In this document: positions 1-10,200 of the stretch, piece after piece
Layout of the letters: each line of letters begins with the position of its first letter
Numbering within the stretch: position 1 is the stretch's first letter
Origin: Alphaproteobacteria bacterium
GTDB taxonomy: Bacteria > Pseudomonadota > Alphaproteobacteria > UBA7887
Length of the DNA: 64,000 nt
Direction: 5' to 3'
Assembly (NCBI GenBank): GCA_965216755.1
Contig: CBDCGL010000011.1
Location: 1,152,001 to 1,216,000, forward strand
Notes under the pieces: generated by a model
Seen by the model: the letters and a program-made list of their open reading frames with translations, nothing else
What the model was told of the DNA's origin: nothing
The model's database searches: none
Position numbers and translations under genes: made by a program

Positions 1-478
1 GCAACAGCCGGCATGGCAGTACCGACTATCGCGGATCCCACTGTCAAAGACGTGATGCCTGAAACAGCTTGCGCTGTTTCGCGGCCCCTCCCGTAGGCGG
101 TTACCATAATATATCTTGCCGTAACAACTCAATCGATTCATCGCTATCGAGTCTGAATTTGCCCCCATTGTTTGTTGGCGGTCCGACCGGATTTGACAAA
201 ACAGTTGTTTTTAAGGGCAGAAATCGGTCTGGGTACAAAGCGCGGGTGAGCAGCACTTTCAATGATGTTCGTCCTGAACAATAGCGCCACAACAGAATGA
301 TATCTAATTGGTCACACCCCGTTGCAAATGTCGCATGCACAGCCAAATACCGCAGTTTCTAGCGCGTCGGTTGTTGCCCCAGCAATCACACGATGTGACA
401 ACATCCGATGTGATCTAACTAACGGCGGTTGCGAGACAATTATGTGCCTCGGGGGCGATATATTTTGGACCGGCCTAG

Positions 479-1310
479 GGCTTGTTGAGATTCATCGAGA
501 ATTGATGACCGCGGCGCATGCGTGAATCATGGAACAAAAGTTACGATCTGTCTTTTCGCAACGCATGGCGACCGCTTTGAATTCCTTGAGCTTCGCAAAG
601 AAGTTTTCGATCAGGTGGCGCCACTTGTAGATCTCCAGATCAATCTTGAGAGGGGCCAACCTCTGGGGGCGTTGCGAAATGACGATCTGCGCCCCGCGTT
701 CATTCATCTCTTCGATGATCCAGTTGGAATCGAATGCTTTATCGGCCAGCACTGCGTCGAATTCGATGTCTTCGATTAGCGGCGCAACACCGACCGTATC
801 GTAACGGTTTCCCGCCAGCAGGACAAAGCGTACGAGATTTCCCAAGCCATCCGTCAGCGCAAGGATTTTGGTGGTCCAGCCTCCCTTCGACTTGCCGATG
901 GCTTGATTTTGAGTCCCCCTTTTGCGCCGTGTCCGTGGCGGTGGACCGGAACAATGGTGGCGTCGATCATGGCATATTCCATATCAGGGTCATCCGAGAC
1001 CGCGGCAAAGAGGCGTTCGAAAACGCCCGCCTTCGACCAATCGTCAAACCGCTTGAATACCGTGTTCCACTTGCCGAATTCTTCAGGAAGATCGCGCCAA
1101 GGACTGCCCGTCCGCGCCTTCCACAAAACCCCTTCGACAAACAACCGGTTGTTATCACCACTGCGGCCCGGATCAGTCCGCTTGCCTAAGCAATGCGGCT
1201 CCATCTTGGCCCATTGATCGTCTGAAAGTACTGTACGCGTCATCAAAGCCCCCAAAAGGAAGCTTGAATCACAAATACAACACCATGGGAATCCTAATTC
1301 TCAACAAGCC
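479..1310 (-). mobile_element. IS5-family insertion sequence (IS427-like group), apparently intact
   Basis: Terminal inverted repeats GGCTTGTTGAGA (479-490) and TCTCAACAAGCC (1299-1310), each flanked by CTAG (475-478, 1311-1314) as target duplication (or TA with a 13-bp TIR); encloses a two-ORF transposase. Confidence 0.93.
492..1243 (-). CDS. IS5-family DDE transposase, orfA (854-1243) + orfB (492-845) probably joined by a programmed frameshift
   Basis: orfA LSDDQW...RTGSPWRDLP.EFGKWNTV...IDAT; orfB LADKAFD...YKWRHLIENFFAKLK; slippery AAAAGGGGG on minus strand at 915-923. Confidence 0.88.
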
Positions 1311-1392
1311 CTAGAGCGCTTCCCGACCATATTGAATCAATTCTGTTCGCGGCCCGGCGTGGCGGTCCACACGAAGGGCGACGCAGCGCGAT

Positions 1393-1557
1393 GCTCGTGT
1401 CCCGAAACCGCAGTTCGTCACGTCTGACCCCAGGCACCTTAGGAACTTCGGTTTCGTCAGGACACGAGCCGAATATTTGGATCTCGTGCGGTTCACGGAT
1501 CGGACGTTCGCTCTGGTGCTCGATGCTAGATCAAGCGAACGTCCGATCCGCCGCACG
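1393..1557. repeat. Two adjacent long imperfect palindromes (REP/MITE-like hairpins)
   Basis: GCTCGTGTCCCGAAACCGCAGTTC (1393-1416) pairs with GAACTTCGGTTTCGTCAGGACACGAGC (1443-1469); CGTGCGG..CGGATCGGACGTTCGCT (1485-1512) pairs with AGCGAACGTCCGATCCGCCGCACG (1534-1557). Confidence 0.65.
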
Positions 1558-1818
1558 CGCGCATCGGGCAAGTCGGCCGACCAATGTGGTCGTCCACATG
1601 GATTCCCATTGCGGGGCGCCCGCCGGGCCGCGAACCCGCAGGGCCGGACACGACGCGACGCGCAGAACCATTCCACCTTGGGTACGAAACCGTATGAGCC
1701 GCCCATAAGCACAGCGTTCAGCACCGCATTTCGGGCGAATTTGTCGAGATTAAATCGAAAATTTCGCGCCGCACTCAACAGCCGTGCAACACGACCTACA
1801 CTTTGAAGGGCGCTATTT

Positions 1819-2874
1819 CTAATCGATCGCCAAGGTGCTCAGCAGCTCCTCGCGCCAGCGTGACAGCACGTCGTCACCTGCGGGTGGCGTGTCCGCAAAG
1901 CGTTGCGTAACTTGGATCGGAACGCCGCGCCGTTCGGCGAGGGCCGTGTCGACCTTTTGCCAGTCGACACCGTCGATGTCCGGTCCGACAGCAGCCGCGA
2001 TCAAATCATGAACATCAACATCCGGCTCGGGGTCAAAGCCCTCGCCTTCCTCAATTTGCCCCGCCTGAGCAATCGTCGGATGCACTTCTATATAGAGCTC
2101 ACCGCGTGCCCAACCGACTTTGATCGGCTCGTCGATCACCCGCACAATGGTCCCCTCGTCCGCCCATTCGAAAAGCGCTTCGACATCCTCGGGATACATG
2201 CGGATACAACCGCGGCTCACCAACCGGCCGATCCCGTCTGGCTTGTTGGTGCCATGGATCAGGTATTGCGGCCAGCCGAGATAGAGGGCGCGATGCCCGA
2301 GTGGATTGTCCGGTCCGGGCGGCACACTACGGCCCAAGCTGGGATCGTCCCTGCGCGCCGACCGCGGCGGGTACCAGATGGGGTCTTCCGCTTTCCTGAC
2401 GACCTTTGTCACACCTAACGGCGTGGCAAAACCGTCCCGTCCGATACCAATCGGAAACGTAATCGGAGCGCCGGCATGATCATAGTAATAGAGCCGTTGC
2501 TCGGCCAGGTTGATCACGATTCCCGATCTAGCGCCGGCCGGAAGGATGTGCCGTGTCGGAATCGTGATCACCGTGCCATCGCCCGGCAACCACGGGTCAA
2601 CCCCCGGATTTGCCGCGACCAGCTCTACATAGCCCACATCTTCGTCACGGGCCATCCGGATCAAGGTGCTGTCCGCATTGGTTTCGAACGTGCGTTCGGC
2701 GCCGATCAGGTCGCCACTCGGGGTTCGTTGGGCCGCCTCCATTTCAGCGCGGCGTCGTTGTTCGGCCAAATCGACGCAACCCGACATGCCGAACAGAACA
2801 ACGAACAGCGCACCATAATGTATGAATTGCGACAGGCGCCCCCGCCAGGCGTCAAGAAACCCAAACTCAATCAC
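1819..2874 (-). CDS. L,D-transpeptidase (ErfK/YbiS/YcfS/YnhG family)
   Basis: ANPGVDPWLPG, IVINLAEQRLY, PPGPDNPLG, YLIHGTN...VSRGCIRM catalytic motif; lipobox-like MSGC. Confidence 0.93.
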   Translation of the reverse strand: MIEFGFLDAWRGRLSQFIHYGALFVVLFGMSGCVDLAEQRRRAEMEAAQRTPSGDLIGAERTFETNADSTLIRMARDEDVGYVELVAANPGVDPWLPGDGTVITIPTRHILPAGARSGIVINLAEQRLYYYDHAGAPITFPIGIGRDGFATPLGVTKVVRKAEDPIWYPPRSARRDDPSLGRSVPPGPDNPLGHRALYLGWPQYLIHGTNKPDGIGRLVSRGCIRMYPEDVEALFEWADEGTIVRVIDEPIKVGWARGELYIEVHPTIAQAGQIEEGEGFDPEPDVDVHDLIAAAVGPDIDGVDWQKVDTALAERRGVPIQVTQRFADTPPAGDDVLSRWREELLSTLAID

Positions 2875-3144
2875 TCTGGATCACCCATTGGATGCCATAA
2901 CACTTTGATCCGATGACCATCGGTCCCCACACATCGGTCGCTTGACAAGTCTGCGCCGCAAACGCCATGTGCGCGTTCGAGTCGGCCACGCGCGATCTAC
3001 GTATGAATAATTATGCCACAGGGGCGTTGCGGCGACATCCGACGCCCATTTGCTGGGCCGCGGCACGCGCCGCCGAGGCAAATCCAGGCGATGCCGAAAT
3101 GGTCATCTGACGCTGACCTTGTCGATCGGCGTCATGCGCTCGGA

Positions 3145-4425
3145 TCAAGACAATCTCAGCGGGGCCGGCCCCGTCACCAACATCCGCACCAATTCGGCCT
3201 GCCGTTCCGTGCCCGTCTTGGTAAAGATCCGTTTCAAATGCGTTCTGATGGTGTTGTCCGAAATCCCGAGCAAGCGCGAGATTTCGTCGAGACGACGCCC
3301 CTCGGCCAAGTGCGCCGCAACCCGCGCCTCGGCACCGGTCAGCGTATACAGCCGCATCAAGCGCTCTTTCCGCATCTCCGTCCGCCGTGTCGGGTCGGAG
3401 ACAAAAAGGATGGCGGTTGGCCGATCAATCGACAGGGCCTCTGTGCGTGACCGAACCGGTGAAATCACGACAGACAGTGGCTTTTGTCCAGACTGGCGGG
3501 TGACTGACAGAAATGCGCGCGCTTCGCCCGCGCGTCCATTGCTCCCCGCGGCGGAGGCAATAAAGTCATGAAATCGTTGGCGTTCATCGGCTTCGACCAC
3601 ATCCACCCGATCGCCATCTAGACACAAACCGTCGCCGGCGCTCAGGATCTCTCTGGCCGCATCATTCTCGTGTAATATGCGACCGCCGCGCGCCACAATA
3701 ATTACCCCGATCGGCAGCGCGTTGACGCTCTCCTCTGCCGTTTCCTGCATCGCAACGGTGCGCCCGAACCGGCGCCACACTTTGAAGCTTCTCTGCACAT
3801 GTGGGACAAGACGACGAAACTGCGCAATTTCTTCGGGACGAAATGCGCCGGCCGCCGGCACCCGGCGTAGGCCCAAATAAAACACCATCGGCCCGTCACA
3901 ATCCAAGACGCCGCGCATGCTGTGAAATACGAACGGCGACTGCACCTCGGTCACCGCCGGGTGATCGCTCGCTTGCTCCGGGTCAGCCAGAATTTCGCGA
4001 CCGGTCCAAATTTGGCCGGGCCGATTGAACAAGGGCGAATGATTTCGATCCATTGTGATATTTGGGTGCTGCGATAGCCATCGCGACACAGCGTCATTCG
4101 CGCCACACGAAATCTCTTGTCGGCCCACGTCGGTCGCAATGTCGTATGATGCGATCGCACACGAATTGCCGTGAAAATTTGTTCGTACGGCCTGCAAGGT
4201 CTTCGACCAATGCTTGCCGTCCAGCGTGGCGTCGTAAACGTTCTCGATAAGACCGAGCATCGAGTCGTCGCCCAAGTCCGCTCTGGGGCCCACCTCGGCG
4301 TCCTCCCACATTTTCGTCCCAGCGGCGTTCCATCGGTCCGTCGTCCCACCGGCACCGATCGTCGCCATATTGTGCAACCCTCGCCGCTCTGACCGCAATA
4401 AGCGATTGCTCTTAGTTATGCTCAC
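3145..4425 (-). CDS. LuxR-type HTH transcriptional regulator with PAS-like domain (start uncertain)
   Basis: C-terminal LYTLTGAEARVAAHLAEG...ISDNTIRTHLKRIFTKTGTERQAELV. Confidence 0.85.
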   Translation of the reverse strand: MSITKSNRLLRSERRGLHNMATIGAGGTTDRWNAAGTKMWEDAEVGPRADLGDDSMLGLIENVYDATLDGKHWSKTLQAVRTNFHGNSCAIASYDIATDVGRQEISCGANDAVSRWLSQHPNITMDRNHSPLFNRPGQIWTGREILADPEQASDHPAVTEVQSPFVFHSMRGVLDCDGPMVFYLGLRRVPAAGAFRPEEIAQFRRLVPHVQRSFKVWRRFGRTVAMQETAEESVNALPIGVIIVARGGRILHENDAAREILSAGDGLCLDGDRVDVVEADERQRFHDFIASAAGSNGRAGEARAFLSVTRQSGQKPLSVVISPVRSRTEALSIDRPTAILFVSDPTRRTEMRKERLMRLYTLTGAEARVAAHLAEGRRLDEISRLLGISDNTIRTHLKRIFTKTGTERQAELVRMLVTGPAPLRLS

Positions 4426-4663
4426 AAGTTTGCGTCAAATGCGGTACTTGTCACCGACCTTCAGATGCGACACGGGTGATCCCTTTTGACAATTGAAGTT
4501 CATACGAAGTTGCTAACAAGTCATGTGATAAGTTTGAGACGCTTTGTATACTTCGGTATTCTCGTTTTTTAATTCGTTGGTGTCCCAAACTTCTGGTTTT
4601 CGTATATAAGTTCTGAGTTCACATAATCGGAATGATGTTGTACCGACCGCTTGAGGCTACATC

Positions 4664-5449
4664 GTGGGATTAGCCAGCTGGCTGCGCCTCAACGGCGCGC
4701 GTAAGTCTGACGCACATATAACGCGGCAGATGCCGCCTGAATGTTGCCTTTATGCCATCGGCGACGTTCATGGCCGATCCGATCTATTGGCCAATATTAT
4801 CCGCCAAATTCAAGACGATCAGAGTCGCTTACCGGAGAACTACCGGCGCATCGTCGTGTACTTGGGCGATTATGTCGACCGTGGTCTGGATAGCCGCGGC
4901 GTTATCGATCTCATTCTGTCCGACCCATTGCCTGGCTTTGAAACGGTATTTCTGAAAGGCAATCACGAGGATTCAATGCTGCGGTTTCTGGATGATCCGG
5001 AGACCGGGCATCACTGGCTATCCATCGGCGGCAAAGCGACCGTCATGAGCTACGACGTGCGCGTGCCGCGCGATCTGCCGTCTTCCAAATGGCTGGACCA
5101 TTTATGGCGCGGATTGAGCAACAACTTGCCTGATAAACACCTGGATTTTCTGAAGAATCTGCGGATGTCTTATATCTGTGGTGACTACATATTTGTGCAC
5201 GCGGGATTGCGGCCAAATCAGTCGATCGACAGTCAATCACCGGAAGACGTGCTGTGGATTCGGGACGAGTTTCTAGGCTCGTCGGCGGAATGGGGCAAGC
5301 TCGTGGTGCACGGCCACACGCCCATGGAGCGGCCCCAAGTTCGAAACAATCGCATCAGCATCGACACCGGCGCGTTTGCCTCCAACACGCTAACCTGCCT
5401 CGTCCTTGAAGGCGCGACCAATCGATTTCTCGCCACCGGCGCAGACTAA
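4664..5449 (+). CDS. Ser/Thr protein phosphatase-like metallophosphoesterase
   Basis: GDVHG, GDYVDRG, GNHE, FVHAG, HGHT and IDTG motifs. Confidence 0.92.
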   Translation: MGLASWLRLNGARKSDAHITRQMPPECCLYAIGDVHGRSDLLANIIRQIQDDQSRLPENYRRIVVYLGDYVDRGLDSRGVIDLILSDPLPGFETVFLKGNHEDSMLRFLDDPETGHHWLSIGGKATVMSYDVRVPRDLPSSKWLDHLWRGLSNNLPDKHLDFLKNLRMSYICGDYIFVHAGLRPNQSIDSQSPEDVLWIRDEFLGSSAEWGKLVVHGHTPMERPQVRNNRISIDTGAFASNTLTCLVLEGATNRFLATGAD

Positions 5450-5486
5450 TCGCAACTTTGGCACGTCACGGTTGGCGGCGGTTGGC

Positions 5487-7052
5487 TCATTCAATCACCA
5501 ATTTGACCCGCTGTCCGGTCTTGAGCTCTTCGGTCTCATCCAAACCATTTAGCGTCCGAAATCGGGCCTCCTTGAAATCGTCGAAAGCCATCCGCGCCGC
5601 CAAGTCGGCCACGGTCACACCTGATCCTACTCGCACCACGCGCAGGCGTAGAGGCTTGAATTGGGACGCTTCCTGCGTGCTGAGCTTGCGAAAACTATAA
5701 GTCGTCCGACGCAAGTCCTCCTGCACTTCGGCAGCCTTGGCCGCCGGCGTCAAGAACGCCATGCGGTAGACCGTATCGGCGTCATAGCGATACACAACAA
5801 GCCGCAGGCGCGCTTCACCGGCTTTGGTCTGCAGGTCCGACTCTCCTGTTACGGCGGCCATGCCGTTGACCGTGATTCGTTCGACGTTGCGCATCTCGAC
5901 GTCCGCCGCCCATTCATTGACCATGTAGTCGGTGATATCACCTCTGGTTTCCGGCGGTGCCCGGTCGAAGACCATCAGCGCGCCGTCGGGGCGCCGGGCC
6001 GAGACTTGCCGCGCACTGTTGTACAAACGGTAGTCAGGTGGCGCGACAAATTGAAAGCGCAGTACCGGGTGGGCGAATACCTGCCCCCGAATCAGACCTT
6101 GTTCGGGATTGTCGCCGTACAACAAGCCGTCGATTTGATCGAGGTACGAATCGCGCTCGACCACCGGATCGGGAACGTTCGCCGTACCGGCTGCGGCGAT
6201 CGCCCGATTCACACGATCGATTGTACGCGGATGCGTCTGCATGATGTTGAATTGATCGGCGGCGCCCGGTTTGCCGGCCAGCTCGGCTTCGAGTTGCGAA
6301 TGGGCAAGAAGTTTGGCCAGAAATGACGACATCGCGACCGGCTGATAGCTGCCGCGCGAAAGGTACCGAACCCCGAGCTGATCGGCCTGGAATTCCTGAT
6401 CCCGCGAGTAGCTCTGTAGATATAGCGCGCCGCCGGCACTCGCCATCTTCGCGATATCGCCGCTACCGGTCGCGACGCCCAACGCGACCGCGCCAATATT
6501 TGCAAGCACGGCACGGCTGTACCGCTGCGCCGTATGGCGGGCGGTTACATGACCGATCTCATGAGCCACCACACTGGCGACTTCCGCCTCACTTTCAGCC
6601 AATGCCAATAACCCACGCGTGATTGAGACATACCCGCCAGGCAACGCAAAGGCATTGACCACAGGTGAATCGATGACCGTGAAGGTGAACCCCAAATCGG
6701 GCATCTCGGACGTGCGGGCCAGAAGCTGGCCGATGTTGTTGACGTAGTCTTGAATTGCCTGATCGTCGTATGCACCACCAAACTCATTGACGAGTTTAGG
6801 AAATTCGGACTCGCCGACCTGCTTCTCCTGTTCCGGCGACATGAACGCCGTGAAGCTTCTTTCTCCAGTCGCCGGATTGACGGCGCAACCCGCCACCAAG
6901 ATCATCGCCGGGATCGTCCAAACGGCAACGCTTCCGCGCCAGACACCTAAAGCCCGGACGGGCCGACGCCATCTTCGCACGATCCATCCCAGCAAGGATT
7001 CCGTGCCGCAGCGTTTCGCTTCGATCGCTATCTTTGGGTTGGCCATATTCAT
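5487..7052 (-). CDS. M48 family Zn metalloprotease (BepA/YfgC-like lipoprotein with C-terminal LysM-like domain); start uncertain
   Basis: AGCAVNPATG lipobox, NAFALPGG, HEIGH, YSRDQEFQADQLG, THP; the longer ORF to 7310 overlaps the upstream gene. Confidence 0.9.
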   Translation of the reverse strand: MNMANPKIAIEAKRCGTESLLGWIVRRWRRPVRALGVWRGSVAVWTIPAMILVAGCAVNPATGERSFTAFMSPEQEKQVGESEFPKLVNEFGGAYDDQAIQDYVNNIGQLLARTSEMPDLGFTFTVIDSPVVNAFALPGGYVSITRGLLALAESEAEVASVVAHEIGHVTARHTAQRYSRAVLANIGAVALGVATGSGDIAKMASAGGALYLQSYSRDQEFQADQLGVRYLSRGSYQPVAMSSFLAKLLAHSQLEAELAGKPGAADQFNIMQTHPRTIDRVNRAIAAAGTANVPDPVVERDSYLDQIDGLLYGDNPEQGLIRGQVFAHPVLRFQFVAPPDYRLYNSARQVSARRPDGALMVFDRAPPETRGDITDYMVNEWAADVEMRNVERITVNGMAAVTGESDLQTKAGEARLRLVVYRYDADTVYRMAFLTPAAKAAEVQEDLRRTTYSFRKLSTQEASQFKPLRLRVVRVGSGVTVADLAARMAFDDFKEARFRTLNGLDETEELKTGQRVKLVIE

Positions 7053-7266
7053 CCCCGATCCACCCCGCAAGGCTATCCCAATGGTCCGTGTCAACGGGCT
7101 ACGCCCACATTGCAACATCTCAACATTGTGCTCCAGACATGCACCACGACAATGGCTTTGTCGACCCGAACGAGTCGAATTCGTGCAGCCGGCCTCCATT
7201 CTCTTGGGGCCAACGACGACGTCTACATATGCGTTGGGGTCAGACCCGGACCGGCGAAGCCGGGCC

Positions 7267-10200
7267 CTACTGCGTCGTCGCCTGCTCGACCAGCGCGACG
7301 ACTTCGCCATGGCCCTGCCGTCGGGCGACTGTCAGTGCCGTGTCACCGCCGGCACTTCGCACGGTCGTATCCGCACCCCAGGACATCAGCTCTTGGACAA
7401 TCGGGGCGTTTCCGTTCCACGCCGCCTTCATCAGTGCGGTCCAACCGTCCCGCGTCTTGGCATTGACCGACGCGCCACCACGTAGCAAGGATTGAACAAC
7501 CGTCGGGTGATTGTTCTCGGCGGCGTGCATCAACGCCGTGCCACCGGTTCGATCTTTGACGTTCGCGTCGGCACCCCATTTGAGCAGGGCTTCGACAATT
7601 TCCGAATGGCCGTTCCACGCGGCCGCAGCCAAAGCCGTGGAGCCGTTTCGACTGACGGTGTTGATGTCCGCGCCGGCCGCCAACAATCGCCGCACCACCG
7701 GCGTATGACCATTGATTGCCGCGTACATGATCGCCGACCAGCCATCGACGTTCTTAAGATTTGCCTCCGCCTGATTGGCCAGCATCGCTTGGACAATATC
7801 GGTGAAGCCGCGCCACGACGCTAACATGAGCGCCGTTTCACCTTGCTCGTTCGACGCATCAGTGTCGGCGCCGCCATTGAGCAGCGCCTTGACCACATCG
7901 CTGTGGCCTGAATCTGCGGCGACGATCAGGGCCGTCGATCGCGTTGAGTCTTGCGATTCAATCCAGGCCCCGCGTTCCAGCAGGGCCCGAACCACGCCCT
8001 GATGCCCCTGGGCGGCAGCATAGATCAAAGGTGTACGGCCCCTTTGATCGCGAAAGTTCGCACTGATCCCGCCATCTATCACGGACAACACCGCGTCACG
8101 TCGCCCGGCACGCGCGTATTCCATGAGAGCCTCGCCACTGGCCACGAGCTGTTGACCGCCGGCTTCACCACGGTCGTCTTCCGCAGCTTGGTCTCCGTCA
8201 TCAATATCAGTGACTTGAGGACCACCATCACGAGTCGGACGATCCGTCGCGTTGCGCTCGGCGTTCGCGGCGGCCTCCAAGAGAGCGTTCATTGCCGCAT
8301 CCGCCGCCGAGGTCACATCGTCGGCGGCCGACTCCGTATCATCTGTTTCATTGGCATTTGCCACGTTTAACCCAAACGCCCCCAGCGAGGGCGACGTTTC
8401 GTCTTCCGCCGGCGATTGCGCCTCGGTGTCGGTATCTGCATCTGGTTCTGTCGCGTTACGCGTGACAGTCTCGGCCATTACGTCCGCGGGTTGGTCACGA
8501 TCCGCACTTGCAGTGACATCGCCGCCGAACGGCAACTCCGACGTATCGCCTGAACCCGCCGTCGCCGCCGCGGCAATCTCCGGGCTGGGCGAGATCTCGG
8601 ACGCAGCGGCGCCACCTGTCGGCGCCAATACCTCCAGCTGCGCCTCCAGCGCAGTTATTTCAGTTTCCAGCGACCGAATTTTGTTCTGACTTTCGCGCTC
8701 GGCACTGGCACCGGCAATTTCCAAAGCGGTCACTTTGACCCGAAGGTCGTCCATGCGGGATTCCTGCAGATCCACCGTGGTCGTCAGGCGTTCGCGCTCG
8801 TCGCGCAACTCTGCCAGCTGGTTCTGCAATTGCTCAGATTCCGTCGAATCTTCTGCGCGCAACGCGTCGACCGAGCTCAGCGCCTCGTCGCGCACGGCCT
8901 CAGCGGTCGCAAGATCTTCGGTGATCTTGTCACGCTCCGCCTCCAGCGCTTCAACCTCTGTCTTTAGCGCTTCAATATCGCCTTCAGCCTTGGCCAGCGC
9001 ATCGAGACGAGCTTGCATCGTCGCCTCGGACTCAGACGTCAGATCCGCAAGTTGCCTCGACAACGCATCGCGTTCATCGGTCAAGCTGCCAACGGTCTCA
9101 CGCAATTGCGACACTTCCGTCGTCGCCGCGTTCTCTGAATCCTGAAGCTTGACCGAAATCGTCTCAACTTCTGCCGTGAGGGTGGTGACCTCCGCAGCCA
9201 ACGAGTCCCGCTCCCTTGTCAAGGCATCCGCCGCCGCGGCCGTCTCTGTCTCCAGGCCAGCCATTGTTTCAACGAGTCCATCGCGTTCTTGGGACACCTC
9301 CTCGAGCTGCGCCGTTAGAGTTTCAACTTCCGATTGAGCGACCGACAAAGCCTCTGAATCAGTGGCTTCACGCGCCTCTTTTTCAGCTTCAAGATCCGCG
9401 ATCCGGCCGGCGTTGCCGGCCGCCTCTTCCGTGAGGGCCGCAATTTGGGTCTCTAATTCCTGCACACGCGCTTCGGCCTCTGTTGCGAGGCCTTGCCGCG
9501 CGGCCGTGGCATCTTCAAGGGCTTGGTCAAGCTCGGCCACGCGCGTTTGCAATGCGTCGCGCTCGTCGCTCAGGGCGTCCCGTTCGCCACGCAGTTCGTC
9601 CGCATCCGTGCGGGCACGCTCGTAAGCCGATCGCGCGTCGGAGAGGACACTTTCCTGACCCTCGCGGGAGGCAGACAGCTCTTCTTCGAGCCGGTCGCCG
9701 GTCGCGTTCGCGGTCGCCAAGTCTGTTTCCAAAGCAGTGACTTTTTCGGTCAAACTGTCGATCTGTTCCTGGTAATCAGCCCGCAATTCCTCGGTCGCGG
9801 TTTCGGCGATCGCCACTTCGGAAATCAACGAGTCCCGCTCGCCGCTCGCACGATCTAGCGCGGCGGCCAACTGGTCGCGATTTGCCGTGAGGCGCGAGAC
9901 TTGCTGATTGAGCTCTTGGGCACGCTGCCCAGACTCCGCCGTCCCCGCCACCGCGACGTCATCCTTCAATGCCGCGACTTGGTTTTCCAATTTTGTGGCG
10001 CGTCGCGCGAGTTGATCGAACTCCCAGTTCCTCGATGCCAACTGACGGCGAAGACCGTTTCGCTGCTCCGTCACCGCCGCCATGGATTCAGCGATTTCGG
10101 CACGAACTTTGTCCGCCAATCGCGACTCCCAATAAGGCTTGGCCACCAAATAGGTCGCGCCGAAAATCACGGATATTGCCGCCGCGATACCGAGTGCTGC

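Noticed and set aside
1-474. Gene remnant interrupted by the IS (ORFs 69-284, 101-346)
   Set aside because: No recognisable motifs and no continuation evident on the other side of the IS
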